From the human T2T-CHM13v2.0 reference genome, Homo sapiens, in the NCBI RefSeq assembly GCF_009914755.1, contig NC_060929.1: 64,000 nucleotides of DNA; one strand, 5' to 3'. A program made the position numbers and the translations under genes. Of the stretch, positions 51,912 through 64,000 are shown piece by piece. Within the stretch, counting starts at the first letter, position 1, and each line of letters begins with the position of its first letter. The notes under the pieces were generated by a model, which was not told the DNA's origin, ran no database searches, and saw nothing but the letters and a program-made list of their open reading frames with translations.

Positions 51912-54900
51912 GTTCCCTTAGACAGAGCAGATTTGAAACACTCTTTTTGTGCAATTGGCAAGTGGAGATTTCAAGCGCTTTGAGGTCAATGGCAGAAAAG
52001 GAAATATCTTCGTTTCAAAACTAGACAGAATCATTCCCACAAACTGCGTTGTGATGTGTTCGTTCATCTCACAGAGTTTAACCTTTCTTTTCGTAGAGCA
52101 GTTAGGAAACAGTCTGTTTGTAAATTCTGTAAGTGGATATTCTGACATCTTGTGGCCTTCGTTGGAAACGGGATTTCTTCATATTCTGCTAGACAGAAGA
52201 ATTCTCAGAATCTTCCTTGTGTTGTGTGTATTCAACTCACACAGTTGAACGATGGTTTACACAGAGCAGATTTGAAACACTCTTTTTGTGGAATTTGCAA
52301 GTGGAGATTTCAGCCGCTTTGAGGTCAATGGTAGAAAAGGAAATATCTTCGTATAAAAACTAGACAGAATGATTCTCAGAAACTTCTTTGTGATGTGTGC
52401 GTTCAACTCACAGAGTTTAACCTTTCTTTTCATAGAGCAGTTAGGAAACACTCTGTAAACTCTGCAAGTGGATATTTAGACCTCTTTGAGGCCTTCGTTG
52501 GAAACGGGATTTCTTCATACTGTGCTAGACAGAAGAATTCTCAGTAACTTCCTTGTGTTGTGTGTATTCAACTCACAGAGTTGACCGATCGTTTACACAG
52601 AGCAGACTTGAAACACTCCTTTTGTGGAATTTGCAAGTGGAGATTTCAGCCGCTTTGAAGTCAAAGGTAGAAAAGGGAATATCTTCCTATAAAAACTAGA
52701 CAGAATGATTCTCAGAAACTCCTTTGTGATGTGTGCGTTCAACTCACAGAGTTTAACCTTTCTTTTCATAGAGCAGGTAGGAAACACTCTGTTTCTAAAG
52801 TCTGCAAGTGGATATTCAGACCTCTTTGAGGCCTTCGTTGGAAACGGGTTTTTTTCATATAAGGCTAGAGAGAAGAATTCCCAGTAACTTCCTTGTGTTG
52901 TGTGTGTTCAACTCACAGAGTTGAACTTTCATTTACACAGAGCAGATTTGAAACACTCTTTTTGTGGAATTTGCAAGTGGAGATTTCAAGCGCTGTGAGG
53001 CCAAAGGCAGAAAAGGAAATATCTTCGTATAAAAACTAGACAGAATCATTCTCAGAAACTGCTCTGCGATGTGTGCGTTCAACTCTCAGAGTTTAACTTT
53101 TCTTTTCATTCAGCAGTTTGGAAACACTCTGTTTGTAAAGTCTGCACGTGGATAATTTGACCACTTAGAGGCCTTCGTTGGAAACGGGTTTTTTTCATGT
53201 AAGGCTAGACAGAAGAATTCTCAGTAACTTCCTTGTGTTGTGTGTATTCAACTCACACAGTTGAACGATCCTTTACACAGAGCAGACTTGTAACACTCTT
53301 TTTGTGGAATTTGCAAGTGGAGATTTCAGCCGCTTTGAAGTCAAAGGTAGAAAAGGAAATATCTTCCTATAAGAACTAGACAGAAAGATTCTCAGAAACT
53401 CCTTTGTGATGTGTGCGTTCAACTCACAGAGTTTAACCTTTTTTTTCATAGAGCAGTTAGGAAACACTCTGTTTGTAAAGTCTGCAAGTGGATATTCAGA
53501 CCTCTTTGAGGCCTTCGTTGGAAACGGGTTTTTTTCATATAAGGCTAGACAGAAGAATTCCCAGTAACTTCCTTGTGTTGTGTGTGTTCAACTCACAGAG
53601 TTGAACTTTCATTTACACAGAGCAGATTTGAAACACTCTTTTTGTGGAATTTGCAAGTGGAGATTTCAAGCGCTTTGAGGCCAAAGGCAGAAAAGGAAAT
53701 ATCTTCGTATAAAAACTAGACAGAATCATTCTCAGAAACTGCTCTGTGATGTGTGCGTTCAACTCTCAGAGTTTAACTTTTCTTTTCATTCAGCAGTTTG
53801 GAAACACTCTGTTTGTAAAGTCTGCACGTGGATAATTTGACCACTTAGAGGCATTCGTTGGAAACGGGTTTTTTTCATGTAAGGCTAGACAGAAGAGTTC
53901 TCAGTAACTTCCTTGTGTTGTGTGTATTCAACTCACACAGTTGAACGATCCTTTACAGAGAGCAGACTTGTAACACTCTTTTTGTGGAATTTGCAAGTGG
54001 AGATTTCAGCCGCTTTGAAGTCAAAGTAGAAAAGGAAATATCTTCCTATAAAAACTAGACAGAATGATTCTCAGAAACTCCTTTGTGATGTGTGCGTTCA
54101 ACTCACAGAGTTTAACCTTTCTTTTCATAGAGCAGTTAGGAAACACTCTGTTTGTAAAGTCTGCAAGTGGATATTCAGACCTCTTTGAGGCCTTCGTTGG
54201 AAACGGGTTTTTTTCATATAAGGCTAGACAGAAGAATTCCCAGTAACTTCCTTGTGTTGTGTGTGTTCAACTCACAGAGTTGAACTTTCATTTACACAGA
54301 GCAGATTTGAAACACTCTTTTTGTGGAATTTGCAGGTGGAGATTTCAAGCGCTTTGAGGCCAAAGGCAGAAAAGGAAATATCTTCGTATAAAAACTAGAC
54401 AGAATCATTCTCAGAAACTGCTCTGCGATGTGTGCGTTCAACTCTCAGAGTTTAACTTTTCTTTTCATTCAGCAGTTTGGAAACACTCTGATTGTAAAGT
54501 CTGCACGTGGATAACTTGACCACTTAGAGGCCTTCGTTGGAAACGGGTTTTTTTCATGTAAGGCTAGACAGAAGAATTCTCAGTAACTTCCTTGTGTTGT
54601 GTGTATTCAACTCACAGAGTTGAACGATCCTTTACACAGAGCAGACTTGTAACACTCTTTTTGTGGAATTTGCAAGTGGAGATTTCAGCCGCTTTGAAGT
54701 CAAAGGTAGAAAAGGAAATATCTTCCTATAAAAACTAGACAGAATGATTCTCAGAAACTCCTTTGTGATGTGTGCGTTCAACTCACAGAGTTTAACCTTT
54801 CTTTTCATAGAGCAGTTAGGAAACACTCTGCTTGTAAAGTCTGCAACTGGATATTCAGCCCTCTTTGAGGCCTTCGTTGGAAACGGGTTTTTTTCATATA

Positions 54901-57900
54901 AGGCTAGACAGAAGAATTCCCAGTAACTTCCTTGTGTTGTGTGTGTTCAACTCACAGAGTTGAACTTTCGTTTACACAGAGCAGATTTGAAACACTCTTT
55001 TTGTGGAATTTGCAAATGGAGATTTCAAGCGCTTTGAGGCCAAAGGCAGAAAAGGAAATATCTTCGTATAAAAACTAGACAGAATCATTCTCAGAAACTG
55101 CTCTGCGATGTGTGCGTTCAACTCTCAGAGTTTAACTTTGCTTTTCATTCAGCAGTTTGGAAACACTCTGTTTGTAAAGTCTGCACGTGGATAATTTGAC
55201 CACTTAGAGGCCTTCGTTGGAAACGGGTTTTTTTCATGTAAGGCTAGACAGAAGAATTCTCAGTAACTTCCTTGTGTTGTGTGTATTCAACTCACAGAGT
55301 TGAACGATCCTTTACACAGAGGAGACTTGTAACACTCTTTTTGTGGAATTTGCAAGTGGAGATTTCAGCCGCTTTGAAGTCAAAGGTAGAAAAGGAAATA
55401 TCTTCCTATAAAAACTAGACAGAATGATTCTCAGAAACTCCTTTGTGATGTGTACGTTCAACTCACAGAGTTTAACCTTTCTTTTCATAGAGCAGTTAGG
55501 AAACACTCTGTTTGTAAAGTCTGCAAGTGGATATTCAGACCTCTTTGAGGCCTTCGTTGGAAACGGGTTTTTTTCATATAAGGCTAGACAGAAGGATTCC
55601 CAGTAACTTCCTTGTGTTGTGTGTGTTCAACTCACAGAGTTGAACTTTCATTTACAAAGAGCAGATTTGAAACACTCTTTTTGTGGAATTTGCAAGTGGA
55701 GATTTCAAGCGCTTTGAGGCCAAAGGCAGAAAAGGAAATATCTTCGTATAAAAACTAGACAGAATCATTCTCAGAAACTGCTCTGTGATGTGTGCATTCA
55801 ACTCTCAGAGTTTAACTTTTCTTTTCATTCAGCAGTTTGGAAACACTCTGTTTGTAAAGTCTGCACGTGGATAATTTGACCACTTAGAGGCCTTCGTTGG
55901 AAACGGGTTTTTTTCATGTAAGGCTAGACAGAAGAATTCTCAGTAACTTCCTTGTGTTGTGTGTATTCAACTCACACAGTTGAACGATCCTTTACACAGA
56001 GCAGACTTGTAACACACTTTTTGTGGAATTTGCAAGTGGAGATTTCAGCCGCTTTGAAGTCAAAGGTAGAAAAGGAAATATCTTCCTATAAAAACTAGAC
56101 AGAATGATTCTCAGAAACTCCTTTGTGATGTGTGCGTTCAACTCACAGAGTTTAACCTTTCTTTTCATAGAGCAGTTAGGAAACACTCTGCTTGTAAAGT
56201 CTGCAAGTGGATATTCAGCCCTCTTTGAGGCCTTCGTTGTAAACGGGTTTTTTTCATATAAGGCTAGACAGAAGAATCCCCAGTAACTTCCTTGTGTTGT
56301 GTGTGTTCAACTCACAGAGTTGAACTTTGATTTACACAGAGCAGATTTGAAACACTCTTTTTGTGGAATTTGCAAGTGGAGATTTCAAGCGCTTTGAGGC
56401 CAAAGGCAGAAAAGGAAATATCTTCGTATAAAAACTAGACAGAATCATTCTCAGAAACTGCTCTGCGATGTGTGCGTTCAACTCTCAGAGTTTAACTTTG
56501 CTTTTCATTCAGCAGTTTGGAAACACTCTGTTTGTAAAGTCTGCACGTGGATAATTTGACCACTTAGAGGCCTTCGTTGGAAACGGGTTTTTTTCATGTA
56601 AGGCTAGACAGAAGAATTCTCAGTAACTTCCTTGTGTTGTGTGTATTCAACTCACAGAGTTGAACGATCCTTTACACAGAGCAGACTTGTAACACTCTTT
56701 TTGTGGAATTTGCAAGTGGAGATTTCAGCCGCTTTGAAGTCAAAGGTAGAAAAGGAAATATCTTCCTATAAAAACTAGACAGAATGATTCTCAGAAACTC
56801 CTTTGTGATGTGTGCGTTCAACTCACAGAGTTTAACCTTTCTTTTCATAGAGCAGTTAGGAAACACTCTGCTTGTAAAGTCTGCAAGTGGATATTCAGCC
56901 CTCTTTGAGGCCTTCGTTGGAAACGGGTTTTTTTCATATAAGGCTAGACAGAAGAATTCCCAGTAACTTCCTTGTGTTGTGTGTGTTCAACTCACAGAGT
57001 TGAACTTTCGTTTACACAGAGCAGATTTGAAACACTCTTTTTGTGGAATTTGCAAATGGAGATTTCAAGCGCTTTGAGGCCAAAGGCAGAAAAGGAAATA
57101 TCTTCGTATAAAAACTAGACAGAATCATTCTCAGAAACTGCTCTGCGATGTGTGCGTTCAACTCTCAGAGTTTAACTTTGCTTTTCATTCAGCAGTTTGG
57201 AAACACTCTGTTTGTAAAGTCTGCACGTGGATAATTTGACCACTTAGAGGCCTTCGTTGGAAACGGGTTTTTTTCATGTAAGGCTAGACAGAAGAATTCT
57301 CAGTAACTTCCTTGTGTTGTGTGTATTCAACTCACAGAGTTGAACGATCCTTTACACAGAGGAGACTTGTAACACTCTTTTTGTGGAATTTGCAAGTGGA
57401 GATTTCAGCCGCTTTGAAGTCAAAGGTAGAAAAGGAAATATCTTCCTATAAAAACTAGACAGAATGATTCTCAGAAACTCCTTTGTGATGTGTGCGTTCA
57501 ACTCACAGAGTTTAACCTTTCTTTTCATAGAGCAGTTAGGAAACACTCTGCTTGTAAAGTCTGCAAGTGGATATTCAGCCCTCTTTGAGGCCTTCGTTGG
57601 AAACGGGTTTTTTTCATATAAGGCTAGACAGAAGAATTCCCAGTAACTTCCTTGTGTTGTGTGTGTTCTACTCACAGAGTTGAACTTTGATTTACACAGA
57701 GCAGATTTGAAACACTCTTTTTGTGGAATTTGGAAGTGGAGATTTCAAGCGCTTTGAGGCCAAAGGCAGAAAAGGAAATATCTTCGTATAAAAACTAGAC
57801 AGAATCATTCTCAGAAACTGCTCTGCGATGTGTGCGTTCAACTCTCAGAGTTTAACTTTTCTTTTCATTCAGCAGTTTGGAAACACTCTGTTTGTAAAGT

Positions 57901-60900
57901 CTGCACGTGGATATTTTGACCACTTAGAGGCCTTCGTTGGAAACGGGTTTTTTTCCTGTAAGGCTAGACAGAAGAATTCCCAGTAACTTCCTTGTGTTGT
58001 GTACATTCAACTCACAGAGTTGAACGTTCCCTTAGACAGAGCAGATTTGAAACACTCTTTTTGTGCAATTGGCAAGTGGAGATTTCAAGCGCTTTGAGGT
58101 CAATGGCAGAAAAGGAAATATCTTCGTTTCAAAACTAGACAGAATCATTCCCACAAACTGCGTTGTGATGTGTTCGTTCATCTCACAGAGTTTAACCTTT
58201 CTTTTCGTAGAGCAGTTAGGAAACAGTCTGTTTGTAAATTCTGTAAGTGGATATTCTGACATCTTGTGGCCTTCGTTGGAAACGGGATTTCTTCATATTC
58301 TGCTAGACAGAAGAATTCTCAGAATCTTCCTTGTGTTGTGTGTATTCAACTCACACAGTTGAACGATGGTTTACACAGAGCAGATTTGAAACACTCTTTT
58401 TGTGGAATTTGCAAGTGGAGATTTCAGCCGCTTTGAGGTCAATGGTAGAAAAGGAAATATCTTCGTATAAAAACTAGACAGAATGATTCTCAGAAACTTC
58501 TTTGTGATGTGTGCGTTCAACTCACAGAGTTTAACCTTTCTTTTCATAGAGCAGTTAGGAAACACTCTGTAAACTCTGCAAGTGGATATTTAGACCTCTT
58601 TGAGGCCTTCGTTGGAAACGGGATTTCTTCATACTGTGCTAGACAGAAGAATTCTCAGTAACTTCCTTGTGTTGTGTGTATTCAACTCACAGAGTTGACC
58701 GATCGTTTACACAGAGCAGACTTGAAACACTCCTTTTGTGGAATTTGCAAGTGGAGATTTCAGCCGCTTTGAAGTCAAAGGTAGAAAAGGGAATATCTTC
58801 CTATAAAAACTAGACAGAATGATTCTCAGAAACTCCTTTGTGATGTGTGCGTTCAACTCACAGAGTTTAACCTTTCTTTTCATAGAGCAGGTAGGAAACA
58901 CTCTGTTTCTAAAGTCTGCAAGTGGATATTCAGACCTCTTTGAGGCCTTCGTTGGAAACGGGTTTTTTTCATATAAGGCTAGAGAGAAGAATTCCCAGTA
59001 ACTTCCTTGTGTTGTGTGTGTTCAACTCACAGAGTTGAACTTTCATTTACACAGAGCAGATTTGAAACACTCTTTTTGTGGAATTTGCAAGTGGAGATTT
59101 CAAGCGCTGTGAGGCCAAAGGCAGAAAAGGAAATATCTTCGTATAAAAACTAGACAGAATCATTCTCAGAAACTGCTCTGCGATGTGTGCGTTCAACTCT
59201 CAGAGTTTAACTTTTCTTTTCATTCAGCAGTTTGGAAACACTCTGTTTGTAAAGTCTGCACGTGGATAATTTGACCACTTAGAGGCCTTCGTTGGAAACG
59301 GGTTTTTTTCATGTAAGGCTAGACAGAAGAATTCTCAGTAACTTCCTTGTGTTGTGTGTATTCAACTCACACAGTTGAACGATCCTTTACACAGAGCAGA
59401 CTTGTAACACTCTTTTTGTGGAATTTGCAAGTGGAGATTTCAGCCGCTTTGAAGTCAAAGGTAGAAAAGGAAATATCTTCCTATAAGAACTAGACAGAAA
59501 GATTCTCAGAAACTCCTTTGTGATGTGTGCGTTCAACTCACAGAGTTTAACCTTTCTTTTCATAGAGCAGTTAGGAAACACTCTGTTTGTAAAGTCTGCA
59601 AGTGGATATTCAGACCTCTTTGAGGCCTTCGTTGGAAACGGGTTTTTTTCATATAAGGCTAGACAGAAGAATTCCCAGTAACTTCCTTGTGTTGTGTGTG
59701 TTCAACTCACAGAGTTGAACTTTCATTTACACAGAGCAGATTTGAAACACTCTTTTTGTGGAATTTGCAAGTGGAGATTTCAAGCGCTTTGAGGCCAAAG
59801 GCAGAAAAGGAAATATCTTCGTATAAAAACTAGACAGAATCATTCTCAGAAACTGCTCTGTGATGTGTGCGTTCAACTCTCAGAGTTTAACTTTTCTTTT
59901 CATTCAGCAGTTTGGAAACACTCTGTTTGTAAAGTCTGCACGTGGATAATTTGACCACTTAGAGGCATTCGTTGGAAACGGGTTTTTTTCATGTAAGGCT
60001 AGACAGAAGAGTTCTCAGTAACTTCCTTGTGTTGTGTGTATTCAACTCACACAGTTGAACGATCCTTTACAGAGAGCAGACTTGTAACACTCTTTTTGTG
60101 GAATTTGCAAGTGGAGATTTCAGCCGCTTTGAAGTCAAAGTAGAAAAGGAAATATCTTCCTATAAAAACTAGACAGAATGATTCTCAGAAACTCCTTTGT
60201 GATGTGTGCGTTCAACTCACAGAGTTTAACCTTTCTTTTCATAGAGCAGTTAGGAAACACTCTGTTTGTAAAGTCTGCAAGTGGATATTCAGACCTCTTT
60301 GAGGCCTTCGTTGGAAACGGGTTTTTTTCATATAAGGCTAGACAGAAGAATTCCCAGTAACTTCCTTGTGTTGTGTGTGTTCAACTCACAGAGTTGAACT
60401 TTCATTTACACAGAGCAGATTTGAAACACTCTTTTTGTGGAATTTGCAGGTGGAGATTTCAAGCGCTTTGAGGCCAAAGGCAGAAAAGGAAATATCTTCG
60501 TATAAAAACTAGACAGAATCATTCTCAGAAACTGCTCTGCGATGTGTGCGTTCAACTCTCAGAGTTTAACTTTTCTTTTCATTCAGCAGTTTGGAAACAC
60601 TCTGATTGTAAAGTCTGCACGTGGATAACTTGACCACTTAGAGGCCTTCGTTGGAAACGGGTTTTTTTCATGTAAGGCTAGACAGAAGAATTCTCAGTAA
60701 CTTCCTTGTGTTGTGTGTATTCAACTCACAGAGTTGAACGATCCTTTACACAGAGCAGACTTGTAACACTCTTTTTGTGGAATTTGCAAGTGGAGATTTC
60801 AGCCGCTTTGAAGTCAAAGGTAGAAAAGGAAATATCTTCCTATAAAAACTAGACAGAATGATTCTCAGAAACTCCTTTGTGATGTGTGCGTTCAACTCAC

Positions 60901-63900
60901 AGAGTTTAACCTTTCTTTTCATAGAGCAGTTAGGAAACACTCTGCTTGTAAAGTCTGCAACTGGATATTCAGCCCTCTTTGAGGCCTTCGTTGGAAACGG
61001 GTTTTTTTCATATAAGGCTAGACAGAAGAATTCCCAGTAACTTCCTTGTGTTGTGTGTGTTCAACTCACAGAGTTGAACTTTCGTTTACACAGAGCAGAT
61101 TTGAAACACTCTTTTTGTGGAATTTGCAAATGGAGATTTCAAGCGCTTTGAGGCCAAAGGCAGAAAAGGAAATATCTTCGTATAAAAACTAGACAGAATC
61201 ATTCTCAGAAACTGCTCTGCGATGTGTGCGTTCAACTCTCAGAGTTTAACTTTGCTTTTCATTCAGCAGTTTGGAAACACTCTGTTTGTAAAGTCTGCAC
61301 GTGGATAATTTGACCACTTAGAGGCCTTCGTTGGAAACGGGTTTTTTTCATGTAAGGCTAGACAGAAGAATTCTCAGTAACTTCCTTGTGTTGTGTGTAT
61401 TCAACTCACAGAGTTGAACGATCCTTTACACAGAGGAGACTTGTAACACTCTTTTTGTGGAATTTGCAAGTGGAGATTTCAGCCGCTTTGAAGTCAAAGG
61501 TAGAAAAGGAAATATCTTCCTATAAAAACTAGACAGAATGATTCTCAGAAACTCCTTTGTGATGTGTACGTTCAACTCACAGAGTTTAACCTTTCTTTTC
61601 ATAGAGCAGTTAGGAAACACTCTGTTTGTAAAGTCTGCAAGTGGATATTCAGACCTCTTTGAGGCCTTCGTTGGAAACGGGTTTTTTTCATATAAGGCTA
61701 GACAGAAGGATTCCCAGTAACTTCCTTGTGTTGTGTGTGTTCAACTCACAGAGTTGAACTTTCATTTACAAAGAGCAGATTTGAAACACTCTTTTTGTGG
61801 AATTTGCAAGTGGAGATTTCAAGCGCTTTGAGGCCAAAGGCAGAAAAGGAAATATCTTCGTATAAAAACTAGACAGAATCATTCTCAGAAACTGCTCTGT
61901 GATGTGTGCATTCAACTCTCAGAGTTTAACTTTTCTTTTCATTCAGCAGTTTGGAAACACTCTGTTTGTAAAGTCTGCACGTGGATAATTTGACCACTTA
62001 GAGGCCTTCGTTGGAAACGGGTTTTTTTCATGTAAGGCTAGACAGAAGAATTCTCAGTAACTTCCTTGTGTTGTGTGTATTCAACTCACACAGTTGAACG
62101 ATCCTTTACACAGAGCAGACTTGTAACACACTTTTTGTGGAATTTGCAAGTGGAGATTTCAGCCGCTTTGAAGTCAAAGGTAGAAAAGGAAATATCTTCC
62201 TATAAAAACTAGACAGAATGATTCTCAGAAACTCCTTTGTGATGTGTGCGTTCAACTCACAGAGTTTAACCTTTCTTTTCATAGAGCAGTTAGGAAACAC
62301 TCTGCTTGTAAAGTCTGCAAGTGGATATTCAGCCCTCTTTGAGGCCTTCGTTGTAAACGGGTTTTTTTCATATAAGGCTAGACAGAAGAATCCCCAGTAA
62401 CTTCCTTGTGTTGTGTGTGTTCAACTCACAGAGTTGAACTTTGATTTACACAGAGCAGATTTGAAACACTCTTTTTGTGGAATTTGCAAGTGGAGATTTC
62501 AAGCGCTTTGAGGCCAAAGGCAGAAAAGGAAATATCTTCGTATAAAAACTAGACAGAATCATTCTCAGAAACTGCTCTGCGATGTGTGCGTTCAACTCTC
62601 AGAGTTTAACTTTGCTTTTCATTCAGCAGTTTGGAAACACTCTGTTTGTAAAGTCTGCACGTGGATAATTTGACCACTTAGAGGCCTTCGTTGGAAACGG
62701 GTTTTTTTCATGTAAGGCTAGACAGAAGAATTCTCAGTAACTTCCTTGTGTTGTGTGTATTCAACTCACAGAGTTGAACGATCCTTTACACAGAGCAGAC
62801 TTGTAACACTCTTTTTGTGGAATTTGCAAGTGGAGATTTCAGCCGCTTTGAAGTCAAAGGTAGAAAAGGAAATATCTTCCTATAAAAACTAGACAGAATG
62901 ATTCTCAGAAACTCCTTTGTGATGTGTGCGTTCAACTCACAGAGTTTAACCTTTCTTTTCATAGAGCAGTTAGGAAACACTCTGCTTGTAAAGTCTGCAA
63001 GTGGATATTCAGCCCTCTTTGAGGCCTTCGTTGGAAACGGGTTTTTTTCATATAAGGCTAGACAGAAGAATTCCCAGTAACTTCCTTGTGTTGTGTGTGT
63101 TCAACTCACAGAGTTGAACTTTCGTTTACACAGAGCAGATTTGAAACACTCTTTTTGTGGAATTTGCAAATGGAGATTTCAAGCGCTTTGAGGCCAAAGG
63201 CAGAAAAGGAAATATCTTCGTATAAAAACTAGACAGAATCATTCTCAGAAACTGCTCTGCGATGTGTGCGTTCAACTCTCAGAGTTTAACTTTGCTTTTC
63301 ATTCAGCAGTTTGGAAACACTCTGTTTGTAAAGTCTGCACGTGGATAATTTGACCACTTAGAGGCCTTCGTTGGAAACGGGTTTTTTTCATGTAAGGCTA
63401 GACAGAAGAATTCTCAGTAACTTCCTTGTGTTGTGTGTATTCAACTCACAGAGTTGAACGATCCTTTACACAGAGGAGACTTGTAACACTCTTTTTGTGG
63501 AATTTGCAAGTGGAGATTTCAGCCGCTTTGAAGTCAAAGGTAGAAAAGGAAATATCTTCCTATAAAAACTAGACAGAATGATTCTCAGAAACTCCTTTGT
63601 GATGTGTGCGTTCAACTCACAGAGTTTAACCTTTCTTTTCATAGAGCAGTTAGGAAACACTCTGCTTGTAAAGTCTGCAAGTGGATATTCAGCCCTCTTT
63701 GAGGCCTTCGTTGGAAACGGGTTTTTTTCATATAAGGCTAGACAGAAGAATTCCCAGTAACTTCCTTGTGTTGTGTGTGTTCTACTCACAGAGTTGAACT
63801 TTGATTTACACAGAGCAGATTTGAAACACTCTTTTTGTGGAATTTGGAAGTGGAGATTTCAAGCGCTTTGAGGCCAAAGGCAGAAAAGGAAATATCTTCG

Positions 63901-64000
63901 TATAAAAACTAGACAGAATCATTCTCAGAAACTGCTCTGCGATGTGTGCGTTCAACTCTCAGAGTTTAACTTTTCTTTTCATTCAGCAGTTTGGAAACAC
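50447..64000 (+). repeat. Tandem amplification of a 6114-bp 36-mer unit (two full copies plus the start of a third)
   Basis: A markers at 51912 and 58026. Identical variant ORFs at 51238/57352/63466, 52593/58707, 55312/61426 and 55992/62106. Left flanking mismatch at 50446/56560. Confidence 0.92.

Larger units (their letters stand above)
1..64000 (+). repeat. Centromeric alpha-satellite higher-order repeat array, suprachromosomal family 1 (J1/J2 dimer), consistent with human D1Z7/D5Z2/D19Z3 (S1C1/5/19H1L)
   Basis: Continuous head-to-tail ~171-bp alphoid monomers (CTAGACAGAA..ATTCTCAGAAAC..TTCAACTCACAGAGTT..GAAACACTCT). 340-bp dimer period with GAATTC roughly once per dimer. CENP-B box monomers alternate with GAAAAGGAAATATCTTC monomers. 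High copy-to-copy identity indicates a live HOR array. Alphoid/SF1 call is secure; the 1/5/19 family call is from recognition, not a database search. Confidence 0.97.

Noticed and set aside
1565-62395. Sporadic loss of the EcoRI site (e.g. ~1570, 22637, 31135, 38617, 53896, 55594, 56278)
   Set aside because: Ordinary point variants; useful only as lineage markers.
609-63789. About 170 short ORFs (60-127 aa) on both strands
   Set aside because: They recur with the satellite period, overlap in antisense, and open or close with single SNPs and indels. They are translations of alpha satellite; database hits to similar hypothetical proteins would most likely be contamination-derived.
1-64000. CRISPR-like array (palindromic repeat at regular spacing)
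   Set aside because: The intervening sequence is itself repeated rather than unique spacers, the period is 171/340 bp, and there are no cas genes.
1-64000. L1/Alu insertion, inversion or non-alphoid island
   Set aside because: Dimer phase and orientation are continuous throughout. All spacings are multiples of ~340 bp within a few bases, leaving no room for an insertion.
1-64000. Assignment to a specific chromosome or to the active kinetochore site
   Set aside because: The array family is shared by chromosomes 1, 5 and 19, and kinetochore position is epigenetic. Neither can be read from this sequence without alignment and chromatin data.

Overview
The whole 64 kb is one uninterrupted, single-orientation array of primate, almost certainly human, centromeric alpha satellite. 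It belongs to suprachromosomal family 1: ~171-bp monomers paired into 339/340-bp EcoRI dimers, with a CENP-B box in every second monomer. It best fits the live D1Z7/D5Z2/D19Z3 (S1C1/5/19H1L) array; I cannot tell which of chromosomes 1, 5 or 19 by eye. I found no genes, RNA genes, transposon insertions, inversions or CRISPR arrays, and the listed ORFs are periodic translation artefacts. Six dimer types can be distinguished (my labels A-F). They build a 2039-bp 12-mer (ABCDEF) and a ladder of 6- to 36-mer variants through expansion of an internal 680-bp tetramer, whole-dimer deletions and hybrid monomers. Layered on top are a near-perfect 8498-bp tandem duplication, a 6114-bp unit present in more than two copies, and several older nested duplications. 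I see no evidence for a new protein- or RNA-based system; the interest is the record of centromeric array evolution. All comparisons were made by eye from diagnostic variants and ORF-track offsets, not by alignment.
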